DNA of 64,000 nucleotides from Schmidtea nova (Eukaryota): NCBI GenBank assembly GCA_044892505.1, contig CM097883.1, positions 45,260,001 to 45,324,000 of the forward strand, read 5' to 3'. Shown piece by piece: positions 1 to 9,930 of this stretch (position 1 is its first letter; each line of letters starts with the position of its first letter). The notes under the pieces were generated by a model. It saw only the letters and a program-made list of their open reading frames with translations, ran no database searches and was not told where the DNA came from. The position numbers and the translations under genes were made by a program.

Positions 1-747
1 GTTGAAAAGCATATAAATGCATAAAAACAGAAAATCGTTATTTAATTAATTAATTGGATAAAGGAAAACCCGAGCGATGAAGAAAATCCGAGCTCAGAAC
101 ACAAGGAGAGTAAACAGAGTGGATTTCGAAAGGCCATTATTTCGACAGCATAATGGGAATAAATAAAGTTAGATTTTACGAAAGGATAACATAAGAACGT
201 AATCAATCATTATTAGTTCTCAAACGAGATTCAAGAAAACCGATTGTCAAAGCATTGTCAGACAAAAGCGATTTTACCAAAAAACTAATTAATCAAAATG
301 ATTATTATAGTATATAAGGAAACTCAAAATTGAAAACAATCGGCATTTTGCCTCAGTTAAGGAGATTAGGTTTAAAGGTAGCATGATTAGAAGAAATAGA
401 AAAACAAAGCTATTATCGAAAAGATCAATTAAAAAGACGAGAGAAAAAGAGTTAAGAAATTTAGAAGGAGCTGAATCAAGAGAAAACGAAATTATTAAAG
501 AAAAAAGTTTTAATCCAGAGGATTATGATATACAAGGTAATTATTGTTATAAAGAGCACGAGGTCAAAACATCCCATGGCGGAGCTCGATCGAATAATTA
601 GATCGCTTTATTATTATTGCTGTGAATTGTAAAAGGATTGTATCAATATAAAACAAATATACATTGGGAATGTTATTTGTTATTGATTTGTTTGAACACG
701 AGAAGTCAGACATCGACAATTATTATCTGATTTAATTAACCCCAACA
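1..747 (+). mobile_element. LTR (cut by the window edge), same family as solo LTR 5128-5891
   Basis: Shares CCCGAGCGATGA.GAAA..CCGAGC and AAAGAGCACGAGG motifs with 5128-5891; ends AACCCCAACA at 747. ORF 383-601 is low-complexity and probably non-coding. Confidence 0.6.
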
Positions 748-774
748 CAATCATTAATAAAATATTTATATCCA

Positions 775-1300
775 CTTGCTCATTTCGTACCATGTGCAAT
801 ACATTCCAAAAATAGGTGTTTGTGCTGCTAACTGTTGCTTAGGCGCTGTCAACCTTTTCGGCTTTATTCAAACTTTATACAACTTGTTTTCTGTTTCAAC
901 GTATAGATGGAAAAATTAAAAAAAACTGTTTGCCGAAAGGTGGTCTCATTGTTAAATCGCTTTCTCAGACTCGATGGTGCGCTAGAGCAGACGCAGTTAA
1001 AGCTATTTTTAAGGGTTATGCAGAAATTAGAGCTGCTCTATGTGACCTTTATGATTTTGATACTGAGAATAAAACTACGATCAGAAGGCAAAAATTTGGA
1101 TAACAAAATGAACGAGTTTAATACAGCGGTAATGACAGTTATATGGTACACATTAATGAGCAGACTCAACGCAACAACTAGTCGCGAAAACAGATTAATA
1201 TTAATATTCTCAGTGTTGTGAAATTATATGAATCACTTTTGAATTTTATTCTTCCAACGCTCGACAATTATGATGAAGTTGAAGAGCAAGTGAAGAAACT
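775..1300 (+). pseudogene. hAT transposase fragment (ZMYM1/Tip100-like)
   Basis: Frameshifted translation gives AHFVPCAIHS, FGFIQTLYNLFSVSTYRWK and the ..RW.AR.DAVKAI region typical of this hAT group. Confidence 0.7.
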
Positions 1301-1329
1301 TGTGTCAATACATGAATATTAGTGAAAAA

Positions 1330-2200
1330 AACTCAAGACTGTTAATTTCAGAAAGTGACAAAAGACAATCTAATCTCACTGAGCCGAAATATGTTTTCAT
1401 ATTGTATTATTCTGAGGGCTTCAAAGAATTTAAACATAAGATTCTCAAACATGTAGACAAGAATCAATTTAGGATTGTTTCCGCGTTTTGCAAAGTTAGC
1501 AATATGTTCACTAATAAATGTCCAAGCTATTTGGTTTGTGTTCTGAGATTGTGTATTAATTTTCAAGCAATAGATATAATGCCACATACATTGGAGAGAC
1601 TGTCCGTTATCTCTGCATCCGAGTTCTTCAGCATTGCCTGACTAAATGGGCTGACTAATGCTAGTCATCGTTTTAGGAAATGTGTCAGTAAAAAGATAAG
1701 TATCTCTGATTTTAAAATAATTGCAAAAAGTATGAGTAATTATTGGGAACGACTAACTTGTGAGACATTGTTGATCAGATATTTAACTCCAAAGATTAAT
1801 GCCTAAATGACCCGCTCCATGGATATTTTGAATGTGTTTACGTAACTCGGTGTTGCATGTGTGAATTGTATTTTTCGGTATAATTATGTTTGCTTTTAAG
1901 AATATTTTTCATTTTTAAAATTTTGTGTTTCCAAAGAAAATTTTTTTTTGTTTTCAGTTTTGATAAAAAAAATTAAATTTTTTGTGTGTTTTTGTTTTTT
2001 TAAAAAATTTGTTAATATATTTTTTATATTTAAAAATTTTATGTGTAAAAATTTATTTAAAAAATTGAATTTTGATAGAATTTGAGGATAATTATTATTG
2101 ATTAATTTGTTTTAATATTTAGTATTTTTCTATTTATTATTCATTATCCTGATTTCTCGCATGAAGATGACTATTTTTCGGTCGAAATTAATCGAGTTTA
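1330..2200 (+). mobile_element. Penelope-like element 3' remnant (linker, GIY-YIG endonuclease, AT-rich tail, HHR-like motif)
   Basis: Broken frames give YNATYIGETVRYLCIRVLQH (GIY-YIG) and FKIIAKSMSNYWERLTCETLLIRYLTPKINA* (typical PLE C-terminus), then an AT-rich UTR ending in an HHR-like motif. Confidence 0.7.
2153..2198 (+). ncRNA. Decayed minimal type-I hammerhead ribozyme motif (family C)
   Basis: CTC..ATGAAGA-T-GAC(tatttttcg)GTC-GAAA-TTAA-TC-GAG: stem II, GAAA, palindromic stem III and UC site are present; C3 and the stem I junction are degenerate. Confidence 0.4.
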
Positions 2201-3511
2201 TGTGCAATATATATATATAATTTAATACAATATTTTACGTTAATTATATTTATAATTTGGATAATTATTCATAATTTATTTTAAAAATTTATCAAATTTT
2301 AAATTTTACAACAATAAAAAATATAAATTTAGAAGTTATGAGGTTTATAACTTACAAAATAAAAATCATGATTTTAAAACTCATTGCACAAAGTTCACAA
2401 AGAGGAGAAAGTGACAAGTTTTTTAAAAGATAAAGTTGTAATATAGACCTTTAGATATATTATGACTTTGGAAGTTCAATTTTATTTTATAACCGAAAAT
2501 TCTCTTCTAATAAGGCCTGTAGCAAAAACTTACAATACTCTTTTAGTATTTGAGATTTTCTATTTTTTTAATATTATTTTAATTAATAAAATACAAATAA
2601 TTTATAAATTTTCAATGATCTTTTCTCTGTGCTCTCAGAAATACGATGATCAAATTATTAAAATCTTAAAAAGTATAAAGTATAAAATATTAATTTTTAA
2701 TTTTATTCACCATCCATCAAACAAAATAATATTTTTCTTTTCTTTTCCGTTATAAAAAAAGAGAAATAAGAATAATTAACTGAAGTCTAATTTATTGTTA
2801 TCTTCAAATATTAGTATGACAATTAAATATTGTAAAGAAAACTTTTCAGATCTAAATCTTAAATTCTAACAATTGTGTTTACTTCTTTTACCATTTCAAT
2901 ATTTTCTTATTGACATTTTAAATATAATTTATTTAACATTTTCCATACATTTTCCAAAGAGTTTTATCTTAAAAACTTTAAAAAAGCAGTGCCGAAAATG
3001 CATGTTGAATAAGAGAAAGAAAATCTTTGATCCATTGTCTGATAAAAAGATTAAAATGGAAGAAAATTAAATATTTTAATGTCAGCCTTTCATATATTTT
3101 CAATTGATATATTTTGTGAATAATAATTAAAACCAGTCTTTATGAACAAGAAGTGTTTTATTAATAAATTAATAACTCGCTATTACAAGATATTTCCTAT
3201 AAATTTATAATTCCATATAATATATTATTCAAATCCTTATAAATAATCAAAATTTGTAATAATTATTTTTTTGAAAATAGCAAAAATAATAAAGTTACAA
3301 TTGTTTGTTTTAATAACTTTGCCACCATTTTGTTATTATAATCAACTTTTCATTTAAATGTACCTTATTTTAGCTTACAATTAACTATATAATTCTATGG
3401 TTATTTAAAATATAAACTTTAAGGCAGTAAAGAAAAAGAAATAAAATAAAACTTTATTTATTAAAATTTGTCTTCACATTAGATTTATCATTAAAAGAAA
3501 AATTTTCATTC

Positions 3512-3982
3512 TCAAAATAAATTGCAAAATCTTTGGGCAATGTTGTTGTTATTTATATTTGTGGGACTTAGGCAACAGTTTTCATACGATAAAACGCAAT
3601 TGATACAACCGAATCCCTGTTGTCGACAAAATTGACATTGGGATAAATTTATAAAATCACAACTTCTTCTTCTTGGAAGGCATATTTGAGTAGCCGGTGA
3701 TATTATAAAAACGCTTCTTGGATCAAAACAACAATTGTTATTAGTCTGAACGCAGAGTTCACATTGTGCTCGATTTCGATAAATTTGTGCACACCATTGG
3801 CATCTAGAAATTGAATAAACCTGACATTGGGGAAATAAATTTGAAGCGCTTTGTTGAGTTTGTGGTCCTTGCGAATTGGCGATTCCCAGAAAAAGAATCC
3901 TGACAAAATTTTTAACAAAATAATTTTATTGAAAAAATATTTCTACTTACACGAAGAAATTGATTGAAATAATAAAACTCAT
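3512..3982 (-). CDS. Secreted cysteine-rich protein, 139 aa, two tandem 8-Cys modules (exons 3982-3951 and 3899-3512)
   Basis: ATG at 3982; 51-nt GTAAGT...TCAG intron (3950-3900) joins in frame; hydrophobic signal peptide MSFIISINFFVILFLGIANS; 16 Cys in two copies of C-x7-C-x2-C-x(9/6)-C-x2-C-x6-CC-x15-C; stop TGA 3514-3512. Confidence 0.8.
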
Positions 3983-4019
3983 CGACTGATATCAATTAAT
4001 ACAATTGGTTTTGCAATCG

Positions 4020-4255
4020 TATTTATAGGTAAAAATATCAACAATTTTTTAATTGCTGCGGCAATTTTCATTGATCTACAATCTTCAATGCTTTCAAAGG
4101 TCATGATTACAAATAACTATCGAAACAAATAACTTTTCAAATCTTAAATAATTTTCGTAAATTTCCAATATAATATATTCGGCAAGTAATGAATAGGATT
4201 AGCCTCATATAATTGGTTAACGAATTATTAGGATTGGCCTCATATAATTGGTTAA
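4020..4255 (-). promoter_or_regulatory. Putative promoter of the Cys-rich gene (TATA box plus duplicated CCAAT boxes)
   Basis: TATAAATA at 4027-4020 on the minus strand, 38 nt above the ATG; two copies of ATAGGATT.GCCTCATATAATTGGTTAA (about 4193-4255), each giving CCAAT on the minus strand. Confidence 0.45.
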
Positions 4256-5086
4256 TAAATAATAGGATTAACAAAATTGATTTAATAATATTTTCAAAAA
4301 TAAATTTTGTATACTAAAATTAAAATGTCAAAAGAATATAATTATTATCAAATTAATTTTATGCGATTAAAAACTTAGATTTTTTGTAAAAAAATAAAAT
4401 TAAAAGGCTGCCAACTAAAATTAGTCTTTTTATTGTTTTTGTCAAAGTAAGTATTGTAAGTTTCACATTTGTATAGCTTGTACGAGCTGTAAAATCAACC
4501 CTTCAAACAAGAATATCATTCGATAAGTCTTCGAGAAATGCACACGATGGTCATACCCTCGAAGGTCTAAGGTGTGTCTAAAACCTTTATATTCTTTCAT
4601 ACCCTATAATATATATATACATAATTCGAAAGGTAAATGAAAGATGAGTATGATGGTCATAATCTTGAAGGTCAAAGGGTCCAAGGCTCAAAATTTTAAA
4701 AACTATATAATATATGTATCAAACAAAATGTAATTGAGAGTTGAGCATGATGGTCATACACTTGTGTGTGTGGTTTAGACAGATCACAGTACGTATTCAA
4801 CATGCGTTGTAACACNNNNNNNNNNNNNNNNNNNNNNNNNNNNNNNNNNNNNNNNNNNNNNNNNNNNNNNNNNNNNNNNNNNNNNNNNNNNNNNNNNNNN
4901 NNNNNNNNNNNNNNNNNNNNNNNNNNNNNNNNNNNNNNNNNNNNNNNNNNNNNNNNNNNNNNNNNNNNNNNNNNNNNNNNNNNNNNNNNNNNNNNNNNNN
5001 NNNNNNNNNNNNNNNNNNNNNNNNNNNNNNNNNNNNNNNNNNNNNNATGCTGACTATAGAGATCAAAAAATTTTTTATAAACAATA

Positions 5087-5119
5087 ACACAATATTTCGG
5101 CACAGCCTTTATCAAGTGT
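5087..5119 (-). ncRNA. Minimal type-I hammerhead ribozyme, U3-A8 variant (family A), intact
   Basis: Reverse complement reads ACAC-TTGATAA-A-GGC(TGT)GCC-GAAA-TA-TT-GTGT. Confidence 0.8.
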
Positions 5120-5127
5120 GTATATAT

Positions 5128-5891
5128 TGTTGGGGTTATTATAAAAATCACAAAAGTAACAAGAAATATCAAAATAAATAAAAATGCAAAAATTAATTAA
5201 AATTTATCAAAAATTTAAAATTAATATTCGCTAGGAGAAATGGGTATGGTTGAATGCCAAATCAAAAGACGAACCCAAAAATAATAATAGAAATTTAGTA
5301 AGGGTCCCCAGAGAAAGTTATTTAATAAAAACAAACTAATTAAAATTAATTAATCGCTCAATTGGAAGTCCGAGACAATGGGAAGTCCGAGGCAATGTGA
5401 AACCCGAGCGATGAGGAAAGCCCGAGCGCAAAGAGACCCGAGAGATCAAAGTCGGGGCAATTAGGAAAAATCCATCCGAGGATAATTAAAATAATTTGTT
5501 AGCAAAACAATTAAACCCGAGATTGGTTAACTTTTAGGTATCGATAAAACCTAATTGCTATTTTCGAGAACTATAAAAGGCAGCGCAAAACGGTGGACGG
5601 AGCCGACGAGTTGATAGCTAAAAAAAGGAGAATATTAAAAAGTTTCGAAAACAAATAAAAAAGATCCTGAAGAAATCAAACCGAAAAAGTGATAAAGTAT
5701 CCTTTTAACTAAAGAGTCAAATCCGAATCCAACAGAAAGCGTAAATTGACCAAAAGCGTGAATAAAAATTTGTAATTTGTGTTGATCGTGAATAAAAAGA
5801 TTGTTCTGTGTTGGGTTCATTGATTTCGATAATTAAAGAGCACGAGGAATCAGGTCAGTAAACCGATCTTAACCAGAATAATAACCCAACA
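5128..5891 (+). mobile_element. Solo LTR (Ty3/Gypsy-like), 764 bp
   Basis: TGTTGGGGTT...AACCCAACA termini; 4-bp TSD ATAT at 5124-5127 and 5892-5895; internal TATAAAAGG. Confidence 0.85.
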
Positions 5892-5900
5892 ATATATTAC

Positions 5901-5933
5901 ACACTTGATAAAGGCTGTGCCGAAATATTGTGT
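5901..5933 (+). ncRNA. Minimal type-I hammerhead ribozyme, U3-A8 variant (family A), intact
   Basis: ACAC-TTGATAA-A-GGC(TGT)GCC-GAAA-TA-TT-GTGT; predicted cleavage after 5929. Confidence 0.8.
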
Positions 5934-6233
5934 TATTGTTTATAAAAAAAAATTTTGATCTATAGTCAGCATTATGAGAATTATTGATAATAATAATAAA
6001 AAAAGATCAAANNNNNNNNNNNNNNNNNNNNNNNNNNNNNNNNNNNNNNNNNNNNNNNNNNNNNNNNNNNNNNNNNNNNNNNNNNNNNNNNNNNNNNNNN
6101 NNNNNNNNNNNNNNNNNNNNNNNNNNNNNNNNNNNNNNNNNNNNNNNNNNNNNNNNNNNNNNNNNNNNNNNNNNNNNNNNNNNNNNNNNNNNAATGCTGA
6201 CTATAGATCAAAAATATTTTTTTATAAACAATA

Positions 6234-6266
6234 ACACAATATTTTGGCACAGCCTTTATCAAGTGT
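6234..6266 (-). ncRNA. Family A hammerhead copy with G12A change
   Basis: Same motif on the minus strand, with GAAA read as AAAA. Confidence 0.65.
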
Positions 6267-6281
6267 GTATATATATATTAC

Positions 6282-6314
6282 ACACTTGATAAAGGCTGTG
6301 CTGAAATATTGTGT
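6282..6314 (+). ncRNA. Family A hammerhead copy (G-U closing pair in stem II)
   Basis: ACAC-TTGATAA-A-GGC(TGT)GCT-GAAA-TA-TT-GTGT, back-to-back with 6234-6266. Confidence 0.7.
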
Positions 6315-7254
6315 TATTGTTTATAAAAAAAATTTTTGATCTATAGTCAGCATTATGAGAATTATTGATAATAATAATAAAAAAAGATCAAAGATGNNNN
6401 NNNNNNNNNNNNNNNNNNNNNNNNNNNNNNNNNNNNNNNNNNNNNNNNNNNNNNNNNNNNNNNNNNNNNNNNNNNNNNNNNNNNNNNNNNNNNNNNNNNN
6501 NNNNNNNNNNNNNNNNNNNNNNNNNNNNNNNNNNNNNNNNNNNNNNNNNNNNNNNNNNNNNNNNNNNNGCAGCATTAAGTATTAAATTAATTAATAAATA
6601 AGTAACAAAATAAGCCTTTGCTGCAAAAATAATAATTTTATTAAGTGAGAAAATTTTCGATTATCAAATAATCCTCGTCAATCTCTAATTTGGCAAATAA
6701 CTGGTATTTTCATTCATTCTGTTGTTTCTTTTTTCGTGATTTCTCTTCCTTTTGTTGGTGTGTTGTGATTAAAAATTCAAACTCTGAATCAGCTTTCTTC
6801 TCCTTCTCTTTCTAAATCGTTCTTCCTTGCTCTCTAGGGTCCAACACACACATAAAAAACTTAACTGTTCATACACCCGTGAATTACCCTAATCGTTCAC
6901 GTTGGAATTGTGTATAACAGCCGATCGCAAGCCAGCAGGTGAGCTCCTTCACAAGAACTACTCCTGACTTGTCGCATCGTTCGGGTTCTAGCTTGACCGA
7001 TAGAAGGTCTCGTTATAACTCTCCTCACCCCGTTTTTGGTCTCTCATTTTTGGGTGTTCGCTCTTTATTTCCTAGATTACCCTTCAGCCTATTACTTTAT
7101 TATTTTTATTAGTTACTTTGTTGCCTACGGTTTTATGAGTCGATGAAAATTGAAGTTTATTGGTCGTTATTAGTTTATTTAATCCAAGTCTGGTCTAACA
7201 AATAAATAACACATTTTTGTTTAAATACATATATTTATTCCCATAACATTACAA

Positions 7255-7689
7255 TCACTGTTTGCGTTCAACGCCTGTTGTTCCAATACCGTTTATATCG
7301 ATGACCATTTTGTTGGCGTCGACCTCCATCCTCAGTTTCAACTGCTGTCGGCGTTGTGCGTGAGATTTCCTTCGTTTTCGCTTGGTTACTTGCGGTGTTG
7401 GTACCTCGATTTCGGTATTTGTTGACGGGTCTGGTATGGGAAACCATCTTTCCAACGTTATCGGGCGAATTAGATCTTTAAGGTTGTCCGTTATGAACTT
7501 CTCTGTGATGAATGATCTGCAGTTCTTTAGCTCAATTTTTAAGGCATCTATCTCTTGTTTCTGATCCTGTATAACCTGAGTCGCTCTGATCAGCTGCTCC
7601 TTCACCTTCTTCATTTCCGTCGGTGAGAAATAACTGTTTTCTAGGTCGATAAGCCTCCTCTTCAACTGTCCTATAGTTTTCTCGTCCAT
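7255..7689 (-). CDS. Hypothetical 144-aa protein: coiled-coil N-terminus and basic KRKRRK patch
   Basis: Open frame in a GC-richer segment; Kozak-like GCCATGG start; AATAAA downstream; no family recognised. Confidence 0.5.
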   Translation of the reverse strand: MDEKTIGQLKRRLIDLENSYFSPTEMKKVKEQLIRATQVIQDQKQEIDALKIELKNCRSFITEKFITDNLKDLIRPITLERWFPIPDPSTNTEIEVPTPQVTKRKRRKSHAQRRQQLKLRMEVDANKMVIDINGIGTTGVERKQ

Positions 7690-8057
7690 GGCTCTTTTCT
7701 TTGCTGGAAAGCTGAATTTTATTCGTAAATTTCTGGGTTAATTTTTAATCGCAAACGAGGGGTATATGCGCGACCCTTACTTGGTGACTAAATACATGTA
7801 CCGGGTATCTCCTCCAACCCATTCCTAATTCTACGCTTTTGTTGCTTAATCGTTAAATTTTGTATTACTCTACCGGATTTACTATCTCTTTTATTTTATT
7901 GAATGTAGATTGGAGTATTTACTGACTGTGGTGTCCTTACACGATGACCTTTTATTTTTATTCATTTTAATATTGTGATTATTAAACGAGTGAACAGAGG
8001 AAAACAAATACACAACGAAACATAATTAATTTTTAATACAGGTGCGGTGAATCACAT

Positions 8058-8561
8058 TCAAAAATATTCGGCGATGATCTCGACCTCACTGTCGTCATCC
8101 TCGTCTTCGCTAAGCGTTGAAGGACTGTATGGTGAATCTGTCGGACTCGGAGATGGAGCCGGGGCGAACACGAATCGTCCCGTGCTCAGGAACTCTTCTT
8201 GCGGAATCTCGCCTTGATAATAAACTTGGTATCTCCCGGGAATTTCGGTGGGAGTCTCGACAAAGTATTTCGCCTGGTTTGGCCAGCAAGGGCGATCCAC
8301 GTTAATCGGCCATTCCCTGCTGCCATGCCAAATGATATCAGATGGACCGTCTCGGAACAGACTGAACGGCGGGGCAATTCCTGTCCTTTCGAACTCTTCC
8401 TTGTGCTCTTGTAGAATCTCATTGGCCAACTCAGTTGGGATCGGCTTGAGTGGCATGAGCATCATTAGGTGCGTATCGTACATCCGCGTCTCGTCCATGC
8501 TATCTTTCTCTCTTCTCATCTCTCCTCGGGGTCCTGTGACTTGAATTCCGGTATAATACAT
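8058..8561 (-). CDS. Hypothetical 167-aa protein with Pro/Ser-rich and acidic tail
   Basis: Open frame at about 50% GC in an AT-rich genome; AATAAA downstream; no family recognised. Confidence 0.5.
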   Translation of the reverse strand: MYYTGIQVTGPRGEMRREKDSMDETRMYDTHLMMLMPLKPIPTELANEILQEHKEEFERTGIAPPFSLFRDGPSDIIWHGSREWPINVDRPCWPNQAKYFVETPTEIPGRYQVYYQGEIPQEEFLSTGRFVFAPAPSPSPTDSPYSPSTLSEDEDDDSEVEIIAEYF

Positions 8562-9631
8562 CGTTCGTTAATATCTAAGTATACAATAATTTTGTAATTA
8601 GCAATTTATATACCGCATCCCCCATTATATGCCCTCCTGTATGCCTCAGTCACTTGTTTAATAATTTTTTGGGGAAAATAGTTATTTAATATGCGTTTCG
8701 TGAGTCGAGGGAGTTAATGATGACGCTTGTGTAGGGTAAGGTTCCCGCAGTTGCCCATATTGTCAATTTGTCCATTCTCTATGAAATGTCATGTTTCGGT
8801 TGATTATCACTCGCCTGAAGATATTTTAATTCACCAATTTAGTTGCGTTCAGCAATTAATTATGGTCATTATCTCTATAATCGTTGTTTGTGATATTCTC
8901 GGAATCTAAAATCTATGACCAATTATCAACTACTTGCGAGCTCTAACAGGAACTACGAAGGCATCGCTAATTGCCTTTCCGGTAATTATCCACTAATCTC
9001 AAGTTAATTGATGTCGACTCATGACTCGTGCAATTAAGGGATTGCTAATCTATCTCGTGTCTACAGTTGCTGCATTTATCGGCTGTATCTACTTGTTATC
9101 AAAAATCCGCTCGGGTATTGGATTGGGTGGTGAATTGCTAGAGAGATTCTCAGGCATGATTATGAAATCGTTGATAATACTATGCGCAGGAATTTTTCAT
9201 ACCATTTGGTGGAAATTGGTAAGCTATTAGTGATGGGATTTGATCGATTTTATGCCTCAACTCTTTCATGAGCAAAACTCATTTCGCCGGCCGTAGAAAC
9301 TGGCATATAGCTGTTAAATGGAAATGCGCGATTTCTCTTGGGTTTACTTTGATCTTTTCGAGAAGCTCATCAAATTTTCAACGAACGCAGTCGCTCTGGA
9401 TTTTTCTAAAATTTATCAGGTTTCTCAGTCAACATTTTTCGCTTCCTACGAGTAATATTTAGTTTCAACGATTTGGATGCTGCTACCGTTCCCCGACATT
9501 CACCCATTTCCTGCTGTTTATAAAAAGGTCTTTACGGAGCAACCCATCTTCGCCCCGTGCCGGGACACGAAACAAAGATGGATCCCCCCGGAGAGCTGAC
9601 AATCAACGGGATCGCCGAACTCTCGCATTAT

Positions 9632-9930
9632 CTATATACAATTAGTGAAAACGAAATATGATTTATGATTTATAAAATTATATTTGACATAACAGTTACT
9701 TACAATCTTCTTCCGATTTAGGCACGATATTTCAGCAATTCCTTCCTCGAGTGCTGTTGAATTTTCTTCGAACTGATAATGGCGTGCTTGACAGTAATAT
9801 TTTGTGCGAGTGAAATTGTAGAGTGACTTTGTGTTGGTATAAATGACACATATCTGACTGACCTGAGCGCTTCCTTATATAGTAAAATCGACGCTCAGGC
9901 AGCCAATCAGAATCGAGTAACCTTTTTATT
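9632..9930 (-). promoter_or_regulatory. Putative Penelope pseudo-LTR: CCAAT, TATA, Inr-like site, HHR-like motif and 72-nt intron
   Basis: CCAAT 9903-9907; TATATAAG 9881-9874 (minus) framed by CCTGAGCG/CGCTCAGG; TCAGT near 9860; intron GTAAGT (9703) ... CACTAAT ... TATAG (9632). Lies downstream of the PLE ORF. Confidence 0.55.
9722..9754 (-). ncRNA. Hammerhead-like motif with atypical core (family D)
   Basis: GCAC-TCGAGGA-AG(GAATTG)CT-GAAA-TA-TC-GTGC: stem I, GAAA, ATAT palindrome and UC site are present; the core reads UCGAGGA instead of CUGANGA. Confidence 0.45.

Noticed and set aside
5645-5680. CTGAAGA...GAAA inside the solo LTR as a hammerhead
   Set aside because: The intervening bases cannot form stem II and there is no UH site or stem I.
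8650-9630. Alternative genetic code (TAA/TAG read as Gln) in a stop-rich frame
   Set aside because: TGA stops also occur and host genes use standard stops; ordinary decay is more likely.
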